From: Prasinococcaceae sp. CCMP 1430
Taxonomy: Eukaryota; Plantae; Prasinodermophyta
Reading direction: 5' to 3'
Length of the DNA stretch: 42,824 bases
Assembly: GCA_013416795.1 (NCBI GenBank)
Contig: RQSC01000020.1
Location: forward strand, 484,399 to 527,222
Of this stretch, positions 1 through 10,800 are shown piece by piece; positions within the stretch are counted from its first letter, which is position 1, and every line of letters starts with the position of its first letter. A program made the translations under genes and the position numbers. The notes below the pieces were generated by a model that worked only from the letters and a program-made list of their open reading frames with translations, made no database searches and was not told where the DNA came from.

Positions 1-91
1 GGGAGCGCGCGGCGCTCCTCGGCGACGGCGACGGCGACGCGCCCGCCGCGGCCGCGCATCGCGTGTGCGCGTGCGCGCGTGTCGGATGTGG

Positions 92-116
92 GCGCGCGCG
101 CGCGTGTGTGTGTATT

Positions 117-149
<33 letters not shown>
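92..149. repeat. (CG)n-(TG)n microsatellite
   Basis: Directly visible alternating purine-pyrimidine tract: gcgcgcgcgcgcgtgtgtgtgt, then a short interruption, then about (TG)15. Confidence 0.95.
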
Positions 150-152
<3 letters not shown>

Positions 153-924
153 ACGCCGCCCGGGCTGGAGAGCCTCGCTCACGCGCGCACTCCGACGAGC
201 GCTCCCAGCCCCTCGGCGACGCGCCGCAGCAGCCCCCGCCTCGGCGGCGCGTTCGCCTCGCCCTCCCTCCCTCCCCGCCCCCCTCCCCCGCCCCTCCTCC
301 CCCCGCTCCCGCGCGCGGCCGGGCAGGACGCCCGCTCGCCGCGCTNNNNNNNNNNNNNNNNNNNNNNNNNNNNNNNNNNNNNNNNNNNNNNNNNNNNNNN
401 NNNNNNNNNNNNNNNNNNNNNNNNNNNNNNNNNNNNNNNNNNNNNNNNNNNNNNNNNNNNNNNNNNGTGTCCGCATCTGCGCCCGCGTTTGTGTCCGCAT
501 CCTCTCCCGGAGGAGGGCCCGAGGAGGTGGAGGAGCGCGCGGCAGGGGGGGAGGCGAGGGCGGCAGGAGAGGCGCGCGCACGCGCCGGCGTCCCCCTCCG
601 GCGCGCGCCCCGTTGTGCCGCTTCGCCCGCACGCGTCCGTTCGGGTACGCAGCGCTTTGGACTGAACCCTATAACAAATCCCAAATCCCCCCAAATCCCA
701 ACAATCACCAGGTGCAGTGAGGCTGAACTCCCATCCCAACCCCAACCAATCAAACCCGGCCGGGCCCCCGCCACGGCGCCCCGCTTTCGGATCGTTTTCC
801 CATACAGCCGAGGACAGGGCGCGCGGCGAGCGGCGCGAGGCACTCGTGTGTGAGCGGGTCGAAGATCGGATCCGGGGCGCCGCGCGCGCACGCCGAGCCG
901 AGCCGAGCCGCGCGCCGCGGCGCG

Positions 925-2580
925 ATGATCCTCTCCAAGGCGCGCGTCGCGCCCGGCGGCGACGCGGGCGCGGGCGCCAGGGCCAAGGCGGCGGGCGCCA
1001 AGCTGCCGGACCTCGGCGAGCTCATCGCGAGGCGCGACTACCAGGGCGCGATCACGATGCTCGAGTTCCGCCGCGCGTCGGCGGCGGGCAAGAAGGACGT
1101 GGAGGTGCTCTCGTGGCTCGCGTACTGCTACGTGCACTACGGCGAGCACGGCAAGGCGCTGGAGCTCTACCAGCAGATGCTCGGCAGCGCCGACCCGGAC
1201 CCGACGCTGCACACGTACGCGGCGGTGTGCCTCTTCTACATGGGCAGGTACGCGGAGGCCGAGGAGGCGGCGCTCCAGGGGCCGGCCAGCCGCCTGCAGA
1301 CGCGGCTGCTCTTCCACCTCGCCCACAAGGCCGGCGACGAGGCGCGCCTGATGCAACAGCACGCCAAGCTCACCGACTCCCTGGAGGACCAGCTCAGCCT
1401 CGCGAGCGTGCACTACCTGCGAGGCCACTACCAGGAGGCCACGGAGGTGTACAAGCGCCTGCTGCTCGAGAATCGCGAGTTCCTGGCGCTGAACGTGTTC
1501 GTGGCGCTGTGCTACAGCAAGCTCGACTACTACGACGTCAGCCTGGAGATACTCGGCGTGTACCTGCAGCAGCACCCGGACAGCGCGGTCGCGCTCAACC
1601 TGCGCGCGTGCAACCACTTCAAGCTGCACAACGGGCACGCGGCGGAGGGGGAGCTCAAGAGCGCCACCGAGGAGGCGCGGCAGCACGATCTGATCCGCCA
1701 CAACATGGTGGTGTTCCGCGGCGGCGAGGGCGCGCCGGCGCACCTGCCGAGGGTGGTGGACGTGCTACCGGAGGCGCGCCTGAACCTGGTGATCTATCAC
1801 CTGCGCAACGGGGAGCCCGACCAGGCGTTCGAGCTCATGAAGGACGTGGAGCCCACCACGCCCAACGAGTACATCCTGCGCGCGGTGGTGCACATAGTGA
1901 TTGGCCAGCGGGACGACTCCCAGGAGCACCTCAAGACGGCGCAGCAGTACCTGCAGCTGGTGGGCGCGTCCGAGTCGGAGAAGGACACCATCCCCGGGCG
2001 ACAGTGCATGGCCAGCTGCTTCTTCCTGCTGCGCCAATTCGACGACGTCATGATATACTTGGAGTCCATCAAGCAGTACTTCGCCAACGACGACGACTTC
2101 CTCTGGAACTACGGCATCGCCAAGGCGGCCACCGGGGGGTTCGAGGAGGCCGCGGACGCGCTCATGTCGGTGCAGTCGGAGAAGTACCGCAGCGAGTATA
2201 CGTACGTGTCGTGGCTCGCGCGCTGCCACGTGATGAATGGGAGCCCGCGCCACGCTTGGGAGCTCTACCTACGCATGGAGACCTCGGACGAGAGCTTCAG
2301 CCTGCTGCAGCTGGTGGCGTCTGACTGCTACCGCATGGGACACTTCTTCTACAGCGCCAAGGCGTTCGACGTGCTCGAGCGATTAGATCCGAGCCCCGAG
2401 TACTTCGAGGGCAAGCGCGGCGCGTGTGTGGGGGTGCTGCAGGCTATCATCGCCGGCAAGGAGCCGGTCGAGAGCCTGCGCGACGTGGTGTCAATGCTTC
2501 GCAACACCAGCAACCCGTCGATCGAGTACATACTGCGCGTGGTCCGAAAGTGGGGGGCGCAGAACGGGATCGAGACGTAG
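925..2580 (+). CDS. IFT56: Intraflagellar transport protein 56 (TTC26/DYF-13), TPR protein, 551 aa, intronless
   Basis: The in-frame ATG at 925 gives MILSKARVAPG, resembling the known TTC26 N-terminus. Conserved blocks: RDYQGAITMLEF, WLAYCYVHYG, LSLASVHYLRGHYQEA, ALCYSKLDYYDVS, EARLNLVIYHL, DTIPGRQCMAS, AKAFDVLERLDPSPEY.EGKRGAC. Stop TAG at 2578-2580. Confidence 0.95.
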   Translation: MILSKARVAPGGDAGAGARAKAAGAKLPDLGELIARRDYQGAITMLEFRRASAAGKKDVEVLSWLAYCYVHYGEHGKALELYQQMLGSADPDPTLHTYAAVCLFYMGRYAEAEEAALQGPASRLQTRLLFHLAHKAGDEARLMQQHAKLTDSLEDQLSLASVHYLRGHYQEATEVYKRLLLENREFLALNVFVALCYSKLDYYDVSLEILGVYLQQHPDSAVALNLRACNHFKLHNGHAAEGELKSATEEARQHDLIRHNMVVFRGGEGAPAHLPRVVDVLPEARLNLVIYHLRNGEPDQAFELMKDVEPTTPNEYILRAVVHIVIGQRDDSQEHLKTAQQYLQLVGASESEKDTIPGRQCMASCFFLLRQFDDVMIYLESIKQYFANDDDFLWNYGIAKAATGGFEEAADALMSVQSEKYRSEYTYVSWLARCHVMNGSPRHAWELYLRMETSDESFSLLQLVASDCYRMGHFFYSAKAFDVLERLDPSPEYFEGKRGACVGVLQAIIAGKEPVESLRDVVSMLRNTSNPSIEYILRVVRKWGAQNGIET

Positions 2581-2727
2581 GCCGTCGGATTATACGGCCG
2601 CGCCGGCTCACACGTAACTGTTGCGCACACACCAATCGCAGCGCGTGCGGCGTGGCGGGCGCCCCTCGCACATCCGCTCCTAGGCGCGACACTTGACAGC
2701 GCGTGCGTCCAACGCATGCGCGGGCCC

Positions 2728-5700
2728 TCACATCTGCGGCATCACGCCCTCGAGCGCGTGAGCAGCCATCGCCTCGGCCGCCGCGTCGCGAGCGGCCCCG
2801 CCGGCGAGTAGTGCCGCCGCCACGATGTCCGCACCCGCGGCATGCCGGAGCACCTCACGTGGGGCGTCTTCAGCCACGCCGCCGGCACCAGTCGCTGGGG
2901 CGCCTGCCACGTGCGTCCAGAAGCGCGCCTCATCCGCGCAGCCAAGAAGCCGCGCGGCGAGCGCGAGGCGCGCGGGCGCGCGGGCGTCCCTGTTGCTGGC
3001 ACCCCCGCGCGCCAGAGCATCGAACGCAGCACCCCAGGCCGAATTCAAAAGCTGCGGACAGCCCAGCTTGCGCAGCCCGCCAAGCAGCGCAGCCTCGTGC
3101 GGCGTGAGGGCCTGGACACCATCAGGGATACCGCTGCCCTCCACGCCAGCGGCCGGCGCCATCACCGCCGCGCTAGCCGCCGTCTTTGCCGCGGGCGCGG
3201 GCGTCTCGTCGTCGCCGAAGTCAATCAGCGGCGGCAAGGCTCTCCCCGCTGCCTCAACCTGCTGCGCCTGGTGTGCCGGCCGCGCCTGCTCCGTCCGGTG
3301 CGCGTCTCCTTCCCCCCCGCCCGCGGCGCTCGCTCGCTCGGCCACCGCAGCGGGCGCGCGAGCGCCTCCCTCCTCGCCCATCAGCACCTCCAGGGGGGCG
3401 CCGCGGCACAGGAGCATCTTGAGGGCGCACTGGTGACCGGGGGGAAGGATCAGCGGCGAGCCGAGCGGCTGTCGCCACGCCGCGACGACGCCCGCGGCGT
3501 ACGGCGCGCCGCCGCCGGCCGCGGCGGCCTCAAAGTGCGGCTCAAGGCGCAGCAGGGCACCCGCGTGCGTCGCAGCAAGCAGCCGCGGACCGGGCCTCGG
3601 GGCGCCCATGTACGTGTCGCCAGCGGCGTGTGTGGTCTCTCCCGCCGGCGGCAGCCATCGCACGTCGGCGATCCTCGCCTTGACGGTGGCGCCGAGGTTG
3701 ACAGCGACTGCCGCGCGCCGGTCGACGTCCCACAGCGCCACCTCACCGTCGGCGTACACCACGGCGGCCCACAGCGCGCGCGAGGCGCCACCGGGGCCCG
3801 ATCGCACGAGCGCACCGCGCACGGCGCGCACGGGCGCGGCGCGCCCCGTGCTGAGCCGGTCGAGCGCGCCGCTTGAGGGCAGCCAGCGCCAGAGGCCCCC
3901 AGCGTTGTCCCCCACCAGCACGCCCGGGCCGCCCGCATCGATGCACGTGGGCGCGTGGCCCGCGAAGCCCTGCGGGGGCGGAGGCGCGCGCTTGTCCACC
4001 ACGCGCCCCTCGCGGACGCCGAACACGCCCAGCGGCACGCTCACGTCGCCCACCGCGAAGGCGAACGCCTCCTCGCCCTCCGCCCAGGTGCCCCTCGGCG
4101 GCGGCATGCCCGGCGGCAGCCAGCACACGCCGGCCACGCTCAGAGCAATGGTGCGCACCAGCCTCGGCGCGCCGCCCGTTTTCCCTGCGCCCGCACCCGC
4201 GGCCGCGGCCGAGGCTCTCCCCTCGCCCATGTCCCACACCTCCATGCCGGTGGTGTACAGCACCACCGCGTACGCGCCCGACGCCGAGGGCTCTACGCAG
4301 CGCAGCGCGCCGCCGCGCAGCGACGCGCCGGCGCCGTGCAACGGCCACGCGCGCCCTGACGGCAGATCGAAGGCCGTCACGTCGCACTTGTCGCCCGCGG
4401 CCGTCCATGTGACCAGCCGCGCGCGACCAAGGAAGCGTGCGCCGCGTGAGGCGCCCGCGCCTCCCGCCTCGGCGCCGCTGCTGCCCGCGCTCGCCGCGCG
4501 CGAGTGGACGCGCGCGTCGAGGCTGGCGATGGGGGCCATGCGCTCCACCGAGAGCAACTCGGCACCGCCGGCGGACGTTGCGACGCACGCGAGCGCGCGC
4601 GCTGAGGGTGCGCCGAGCGACGCCGCACTCGCGCGCGCGAGCACGTCAATGCACACCGCAGGCGCCGCGAGGGCGTGTGGGCACGCCATGAGCACCAGCG
4701 GGGGTAGGCTTGCGTCGAGCGCCACACCCTCCATTCCGTCCCCCTCGACGCCGTTAAGCTCGCTGCCCATGGCCATCTGAGGAGCGATGGCTTCGTCCAC
4801 ACCGCCACCCTCGTCCTCACCGCGGTCCTCGTCTGGCCTGCGCCCGCGCCACAGCCACAGTGCGCCGTCACCCGCGAGCGCCGCCACGCGCGCGCCGCCG
4901 GCGAGGTCCGCACCCGCCGCGCCCGCCGCGCCCGCCACCAGCCCACGCGCTTCGTGGACNGGGGCCAAGCCCCGCAGAGCTCCGCCGCGCGGCGTATGGA
5001 CGTGGTAGGCGCCGGCGCTGCCTCCGGCACCACCGTCGCGCCGTGCGCCTCCGCCAAGCGCGGCAGCAACGGCGCCACCCAGACCGCCGCCGCCACCGCC
5101 AGCCTGCTGCTGCTCGGAGGCGCGGTGCTGCTGGCCGTCGCCTGCAGCGCGCACGCGCAGCGTCTGCGTGCCCGCGAAGCGCCCCGCGCGCGCGTCGAGG
5201 CGGGTGACAACCCCCGCGCCGCCGGGGCCCGCCGCGGCGAGTCGCGAGGCGTCCCACGGGTCACGCTCGAGCTGCGCTACTCGCACGCCTGCCTCGAGCG
5301 CCTCGCTCGCGACGGGAGCGGCATCGCCCACGCTGTTGTCCGCACCGCCTGCCGCGCGCGCGGCGAGCGCACCCGTGTCCCACGCGTGCAGCACCTCGCG
5401 GTCGCCCGGTGCCGCGTGGCACGACACGAGGAGCCACTCGCCGCGCGTCTCGCCCGCTCCGGCGCACCACTCCAGCGCCACGACGGCGCCCGGCCGTCGC
5501 ACGGCGAGCAGTGGCAGCGCTCGCGCCACGTCCCACACCACGACTGTGCCGCGCGCATCGCCCGTCGCCAGCCGCGCACCGTGCCGCACGCCACCCCCTC
5601 CGCCCGGCGCGCCGCCGCCAACACCCACGAGCGCGGGGAACTCCTTCGCGAGCAGGCCCTCACCTTCGCCAGCGGCTGCAGTGACTGCACTCGCATCGCC

Positions 5701-6006
5701 CGTGGAGGCGGAAGCGGCGCTTGTAGAAGGAGGGGTGAGGAGAGAGGGCGCGTCGGGCGCCCAGCGCAGCGCGGTGACATCGGCGGCATGGCCGCCGGCG
5801 AGCGCAAGCACGCATGCACCACCGCGGCGGCCGTCGTGCACGGCAGCGGCCGCGCCGGCTGCGCGCGCGAGCAGGCCGCCTGCGTGGTAGTCTGCGGGCG
5901 CAGCGCGCGGCGCGTTCCCGCCCGAAGCCCCACCGCGCGCGCCGGACGCCGCTGTGGGCGCCGCGGGCGCCGCGCACGCCGCCACGCGCGTCGGCGCCGA
6001 CGCCAT
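2728..6006 (-). CDS. WDR11: WD40-repeat protein 11-like (about 1090 aa; single-n join at 4960)
   Basis: N-terminal ADYHAGGLLA..AAG..GHAADVTALRW and LATGDARGTVVVWDV match the WDR11 N-terminal propeller pattern. Further WD-like strands follow (VALWDVD, IADVRW). ATG at 6006. Sequence may be missing at the n. Confidence 0.75.
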   Translation of the reverse strand: MASAPTRVAACAAPAAPTAASGARGGASGGNAPRAAPADYHAGGLLARAAGAAAAVHDGRRGGACVLALAGGHAADVTALRWAPDAPSLLTPPSTSAASASTGDASAVTAAAGEGEGLLAKEFPALVGVGGGAPGGGGGVRHGARLATGDARGTVVVWDVARALPLLAVRRPGAVVALEWCAGAGETRGEWLLVSCHAAPGDREVLHAWDTGALAARAAGGADNSVGDAAPVASEALEAGVRVAQLERDPWDASRLAAAGPGGAGVVTRLDARAGRFAGTQTLRVRAAGDGQQHRASEQQQAGGGGGGLGGAVAAALGGGARRDGGAGGSAGAYHVHTPRGGALRGLAXVHEARGLVAGAAGAAGADLAGGARVAALAGDGALWLWRGRRPDEDRGEDEGGGVDEAIAPQMAMGSELNGVEGDGMEGVALDASLPPLVLMACPHALAAPAVCIDVLARASAASLGAPSARALACVATSAGGAELLSVERMAPIASLDARVHSRAASAGSSGAEAGGAGASRGARFLGRARLVTWTAAGDKCDVTAFDLPSGRAWPLHGAGASLRGGALRCVEPSASGAYAVVLYTTGMEVWDMGEGRASAAAAGAGAGKTGGAPRLVRTIALSVAGVCWLPPGMPPPRGTWAEGEEAFAFAVGDVSVPLGVFGVREGRVVDKRAPPPPQGFAGHAPTCIDAGGPGVLVGDNAGGLWRWLPSSGALDRLSTGRAAPVRAVRGALVRSGPGGASRALWAAVVYADGEVALWDVDRRAAVAVNLGATVKARIADVRWLPPAGETTHAAGDTYMGAPRPGPRLLAATHAGALLRLEPHFEAAAAGGGAPYAAGVVAAWRQPLGSPLILPPGHQCALKMLLCRGAPLEVLMGEEGGARAPAAVAERASAAGGGEGDAHRTEQARPAHQAQQVEAAGRALPPLIDFGDDETPAPAAKTAASAAVMAPAAGVEGSGIPDGVQALTPHEAALLGGLRKLGCPQLLNSAWGAAFDALARGGASNRDARAPARLALAARLLGCADEARFWTHVAGAPATGAGGVAEDAPREVLRHAAGADIVAAALLAGGAARDAAAEAMAAHALEGVMPQM

Positions 6007-6150
6007 GCCCCTCCCCCCTCTGTCTCTCTCTCTCTCCCGCTCGCGCTACAAACGCTGCGTGCGGTGGCACGCGCGCGCGCGCATCCGCGCGCGCCTGCAG
6101 CCCGCTGCCCCCCCACCCGACACCACACGCGAGGCACCTCACCACCGCCC

Positions 6151-6179
6151 TACACACACACACACACACACGCACACAC
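6151..6179. repeat. (CA)n microsatellite upstream of WDR11
   Basis: Visible CA run about 150 nt 5' of the WDR11 ATG. Confidence 0.9.
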
Positions 6180-6370
6180 GCCGCCACCACCACCACCCCT
6201 TGGCACCCAACGCCACACCCCCCGCGCGCACTGTGGCGCCGCCGACCGGCCCTGTGTGCGGGGGGGGGGCTGTTGAAAAGGGCAAGACTTGAACCCTACA
6301 CATTAACCTCAACAGCATTTCGCCTCCAATGCAATTTGATATGATCTCATACCGTACATGGCGCATGCAT

Positions 6371-7775
6371 TCAAACACATGTACGTAAAAGTGAGCCTGA
6401 ACCTGAACCTTGACGACGAGTGACGAACCGTGTGCAGGGCTGTCGCAGCGCGCGCGGGCGGGCGGGTGCCAGATGTGCCTGCGCGTCGGCCGAGCTGGCG
6501 GCGATCGCCACGCGTTTCTTGGCCGTTCCCGCTGCCGGCTGTTTCGGTTGCTGCGCACTTTCGTGCAGCGAGGTCTGCTCCTGCGGTGGCTCGAACCGCG
6601 CGGCGGCGGCGGTTCCATCAAAGCCCACGCCGTCGGATCGCCCGGGCGTGCCCGTGCGCGGCTGCATCCGCCACCCAGAGCTGAGTTGGCCCACCCCCGC
6701 GCTGTGCGCACTCTCCTCGCGAGTCTGGCGCTTCGCCTGGTCCTCGGGGGTCTCCGCGACGAACGGGTGCTCCAGGAGGTCGGGCCACCCAAGCCTGCGC
6801 TTGGGATCCTTGCTGAGCAGCCCCGACAGGAAGGCGCGGAAGGAGTCGCTCATGGTGTCCGGGTACTGCACGCTGTCGTTGACGATCCTCTGCACGAGCT
6901 TGAGGATCGAGTTGGTGTAGAACGGCGGCTGCCCGACATAGAGCTCGTACAAGATGACCCCCAGGCTCCACAGATCCACCGTGTGGTTGTACGGCTGCTC
7001 CTTGACGAGCTCGGGTGCCATGTACAGCGGCGTGCCTTTGATGGAGGTGAGCATCATCGTGTTCGAGCTCATCGCGCGCGCGAAGCCAAAGTCGCAGAGC
7101 TGCACCCGTCCGTTGGCGCCGATGAGCACGTTTTGCGGTTTGAGATCCCTGTGGATGATCCTGTGCGCGTGCAGGTAGTGCAGCGCCCTCACGAGCTGCT
7201 TGGCTATGGAGCGAACCTCCTCCTCGGGCAGGCACTGGTCGTCCTCGAGGATCTCGAAGAGCTCGCCCTGCGCGAACTCGGTGACGACGCAGAACTCGGA
7301 CTTGGTTTCGAAGGCGTCGAGCATCTGCACCACGCCCTCGTGCCGCAGGTCGCGCAGGATGTCGATCTCCTGGCGCAGGCTGTTCAGGTCCTTCTCCGTC
7401 TTTCCATGCTTGAGGATGAACTTGAGCGCGACGATCTGCCCTGTGAAGCGCCTGCGGCCCTTGTAGACCTGGTCGAGCGCCAGCGGGTGGCGGGTGAGCG
7501 CGCGACCAATGAGACCGGCGCGGCGCGCAGAGGGCGCGCGCGCCGTCGCAACTGGTGCAGCGCACGCGAGCGCGCGGCGACACAGCTCGGTGCGAGCAAG
7601 GTGCTGGCGCTGCCAGCGCAGGTGGCGTGCGCGGGCTGTCGCAGCGCGAGCGTCGGACGCGCGGCTGGGGGGCGGCGCACCGCGCCGCGGCGCGCGATGG
7701 CCAGCGCGACAGCTTTCCCCGCACCTTGCCGAACGACCCCTCGCCAATGAGCTCGAGGACGTGGTAGTTGTCCAT
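6371..7775 (-). CDS. Fused/STK36/TIO-family Ser/Thr kinase; 2 exons (7725-7775, 6371-7468), about 382 aa
   Basis: [17 protein letters not shown], then a GTGCGG...CCAG phase-0 intron (7469-7724), then [18 protein letters not shown]. Motifs [33 protein letters not shown] and [23 protein letters not shown] are characteristic of Fused/TIO kinases. Confidence 0.92.
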
Positions 7776-7894
7776 GCCGGCGGGCCGTGGCTGTCGCCGG
7801 CCCCCCCGTTCCCCCCCAAACCGGGCGGCGGCGAGATCCCGCGCGTGTTGCGCGGCGCCCGCCCGTCCCGCCCCCCGCCGAGGCGGGTGCGCGN

Positions 7895-10800
7895 GCCGCC
7901 TTCTCCGCCACCACCCTTTCCTCCGCCGTCTCCGCCACCTTCTCTACCGCCTTCTCCGCCGCCCAGCCCGCCACCGCCCAGCCTGCCGCCGTCTCCGCCG
8001 CCGAGCCCTCCTCCGAGCCTACCGCCGAGTCCGCCACCACCGTCCCCTCCGCCGTCTCCGCCACCTTCTCTACCGCCTTCCCCGCCGCCCAGCCCGCCAC
8101 CGCCCAGCATGCCGCCGTTTCCGAGCTTACCGCCGAGCCCGCCCCCGCGCCCACCACCGAGCCCACCGCCGTCACTGCCGCCGTCTCCGCCGCCGTCAAC
8201 GCCGCCGAGCCCGCCGCCGAGCCCGCCGCCGAGCCTGCCACCATCGCCACCGCCGTCTCCGCCACCGTCTCCGCCACCTTCTCTGCCGCCTTCTCCGCCA
8301 CCACCCTTTCCTCCGCCGTCTCCGCCACCTTCTCTACCGCCTTCTCCGCCGCCCAGCCCGCCACCGCCCAGCCTGCCGCCGTCTCCGCCGCCGAGCCCTC
8401 CTCCGAGCCTACCGCCGAGTCCGCCACCACCGTCCCCTCCGCCGTCTCCGCCACCTTCTCTACCGCCTTCCCCGCCGCCCAGCCCGCCACCGCCCAGCAT
8501 GCCGCCGTTTCCGAGCTTACCGCCGAGCCCGCCCCCGCGCCCACCACCGAGCCCACCGCCGTCACTGCCGCCGTCTCCGCCGCCGTCAACGCCGCCGAGC
8601 CCGCCGCCGAGCCCGCCGCCGAGCCTGCCACCATCGCCACCGCCGTCTCCGCCACCGTCTCCGCCACCTTCTCTGCCGCCTTCTCCGCCACCACCCTTTC
8701 CTCCGCCGTCTCCGCCACCTTCTCTACCGCCTTCTCCGCCGCCCAGCCCGCCACCGCCCAGCCTGCCGCCGTCTCCGCCGCCGAGCCCTCCTCCGAGCCT
8801 ACCGCCGAGTCCGCCACCACCGTCCCCTCCGCCGTCTCCGCCACCTTCTCTACCGCCTTCCCCGCCGCCCAGCCCGCCACCGCCCAGCATGCCGCCGTTT
8901 CCGAGCTTACCGCCGAGCCCGCCCCCGCGCCCACCACCGAGCCCACCGCCGTCACTGCCGCCGTCTCCGCCGCCGTCAACGCCGCCGAGCCCGCCGCCGA
9001 GCCCGCCGCCGAGCCTGCCACCATCGCCACCGCCGTCTCCGCCACCGTCTCCGCCACCTTCTCTGCCGCCTTCTCCGCCACCACCCTTTCCTCCGCCGTC
9101 TCCGCCACCTTCTCTACCGCCTTCTCCGCCGCCCAGCCCGCCACCGCCCAGCCTGCCGCCGTCTCCGCCGCCGAGCCCTCCTCCGAGCCTACCGCCGAGT
9201 CCGCCACCACCGTCCCCTCCGCCGTCTCCGCCACCTTCTCTACCGCCTTCCCCGCCGCCCAGCCCGCCACCGCCCAGCATGCCGCCGTTTCCGAGCTTAC
9301 CGCCGAGCCCGCCCCCGCGCCCACCACCGAGCCCACCGCCGTCACTGCCGCCGTCTCCGCCGCCGTCAACGCCGCCGAGCCCGCCGCCGAGCCCGCCGCC
9401 GAGCCTGCCACCATCGCCACCGCCGTCTCCGCCACCGTCTCCGCCACCTTCTCTGCCGCCTTCTCCGCCACCACCCTTTCCTCCGCCGTCTCCGCCACCT
9501 TCTCTACCGCCTTCTCCGCCGCCCAGCCCGCCACCGCCCAGCCTGCCGCCGTCTCCGCCGCCGAGCCCTCCTCCGAGCCTACCGCCGAGTCCGCCACCAC
9601 CGTCCCCTCCGCCGTCTCCGCCACCTTCTCTACCGCCTTCCCCGCCGCCCAGCCCGCCACCGCCCAGCATGCCGCCGTTTCCGAGCTTACCGCCGAGCCC
9701 GCCCCCGCGCCCACCACCGAGCCCACCGCCGTCACTGCCGCCGTCTCCGCCGCCGTCAACGCCGCCGAGCCCGCCGCCGAGCCCGCCGCCGAGCCTGCCA
9801 CCATCGCCACCGCCGTCTCCGCCACCGTCTCCGCCACCTTCTCTGCCGCCTTCTCCGCCACCACCCTTTCCTCCGCCGTCTCCGCCACCTTCTCTACCGC
9901 CTTCTCCGCCGCCCAGCCCGCCACCGCCCAGCCTGCCGCCGTCTCCGCCGCCGAGCCCTCCTCCGAGCCTACCGCCGAGTCCGCCACCACCGTCCCCTCC
10001 GCCGTCTCCGCCACCTTCTCTACCGCCTTCCCCGCCGCCCAGCCCGCCACCGCCCAGCATGCCGCCGTTTCCGAGCTTACCGCCGAGCCCGCCCCCGCGC
10101 CCACCACCGAGCCCACCGCCGTCACTGCCGCCGTCTCCGCCGCCGTCAACGCCGCCGAGCCCGCCGCCGAGCCCGCCGCCGAGCCTGCCACCATCGCCAC
10201 CGCCGTCTCCGCCACCGTCTCCGCCACCTTCTCTGCCGCCTTCTCCGCCACCACCCTTTCCTCCGCCGTCTCCGCCACCTTCTCTACCGCCTTCTCCGCC
10301 GCCCAGCCCGCCACCGCCCAGCCTGCCGCCGTCTCCGCCGCCGAGCCCTCCTCCGAGCCTACCGCCGAGTCCGCCACCACCGTCCCCTCCGCCGTCTCCG
10401 CCACCTTCTCTACCGCCTTCCCCGCCGCCCAGCCCGCCACCGCCCAGCATGCCGCCGTTTCCGAGCTTACCGCCGAGCCCGCCCCCGCGCCCACCACCGA
10501 GCCCACCGCCGTCACTGCCGCCGTCTCCGCCGCCGTCAACGCCGCCGAGCCCGCCGCCGAGCCCGCCGCCGAGCCTGCCACCATCGCCACCGCCGTCTCC
10601 GCCACCGTCTCCGCCACCTTCTCTGCCGCCTTCTCCGCCACCACCCTTTCCTCCGCCGTCTCCGCCACCTTCTCTACCGCCTTCTCCGCCGCCCAGCCCG
10701 CCACCGCCCAGCCTGCCGCCGTCTCCGCCGCCGAGCCCTCCTCCGAGCCTACCGCCGAGTCCGCCACCACCGTCCCCTCCGCCGTCTCCGCCACCTTCTC

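Noticed and set aside
63-853. ORFs at the window start
   Set aside because: They run through a microsatellite, G/C tracts and an N-gap. No frame or strand can be supported.
6007-6410. Kinase-WDR11 read-through fusion
   Set aside because: There is an in-frame TAG 14 codons upstream of the WDR11 ATG, and no convincing acceptor bypasses it.
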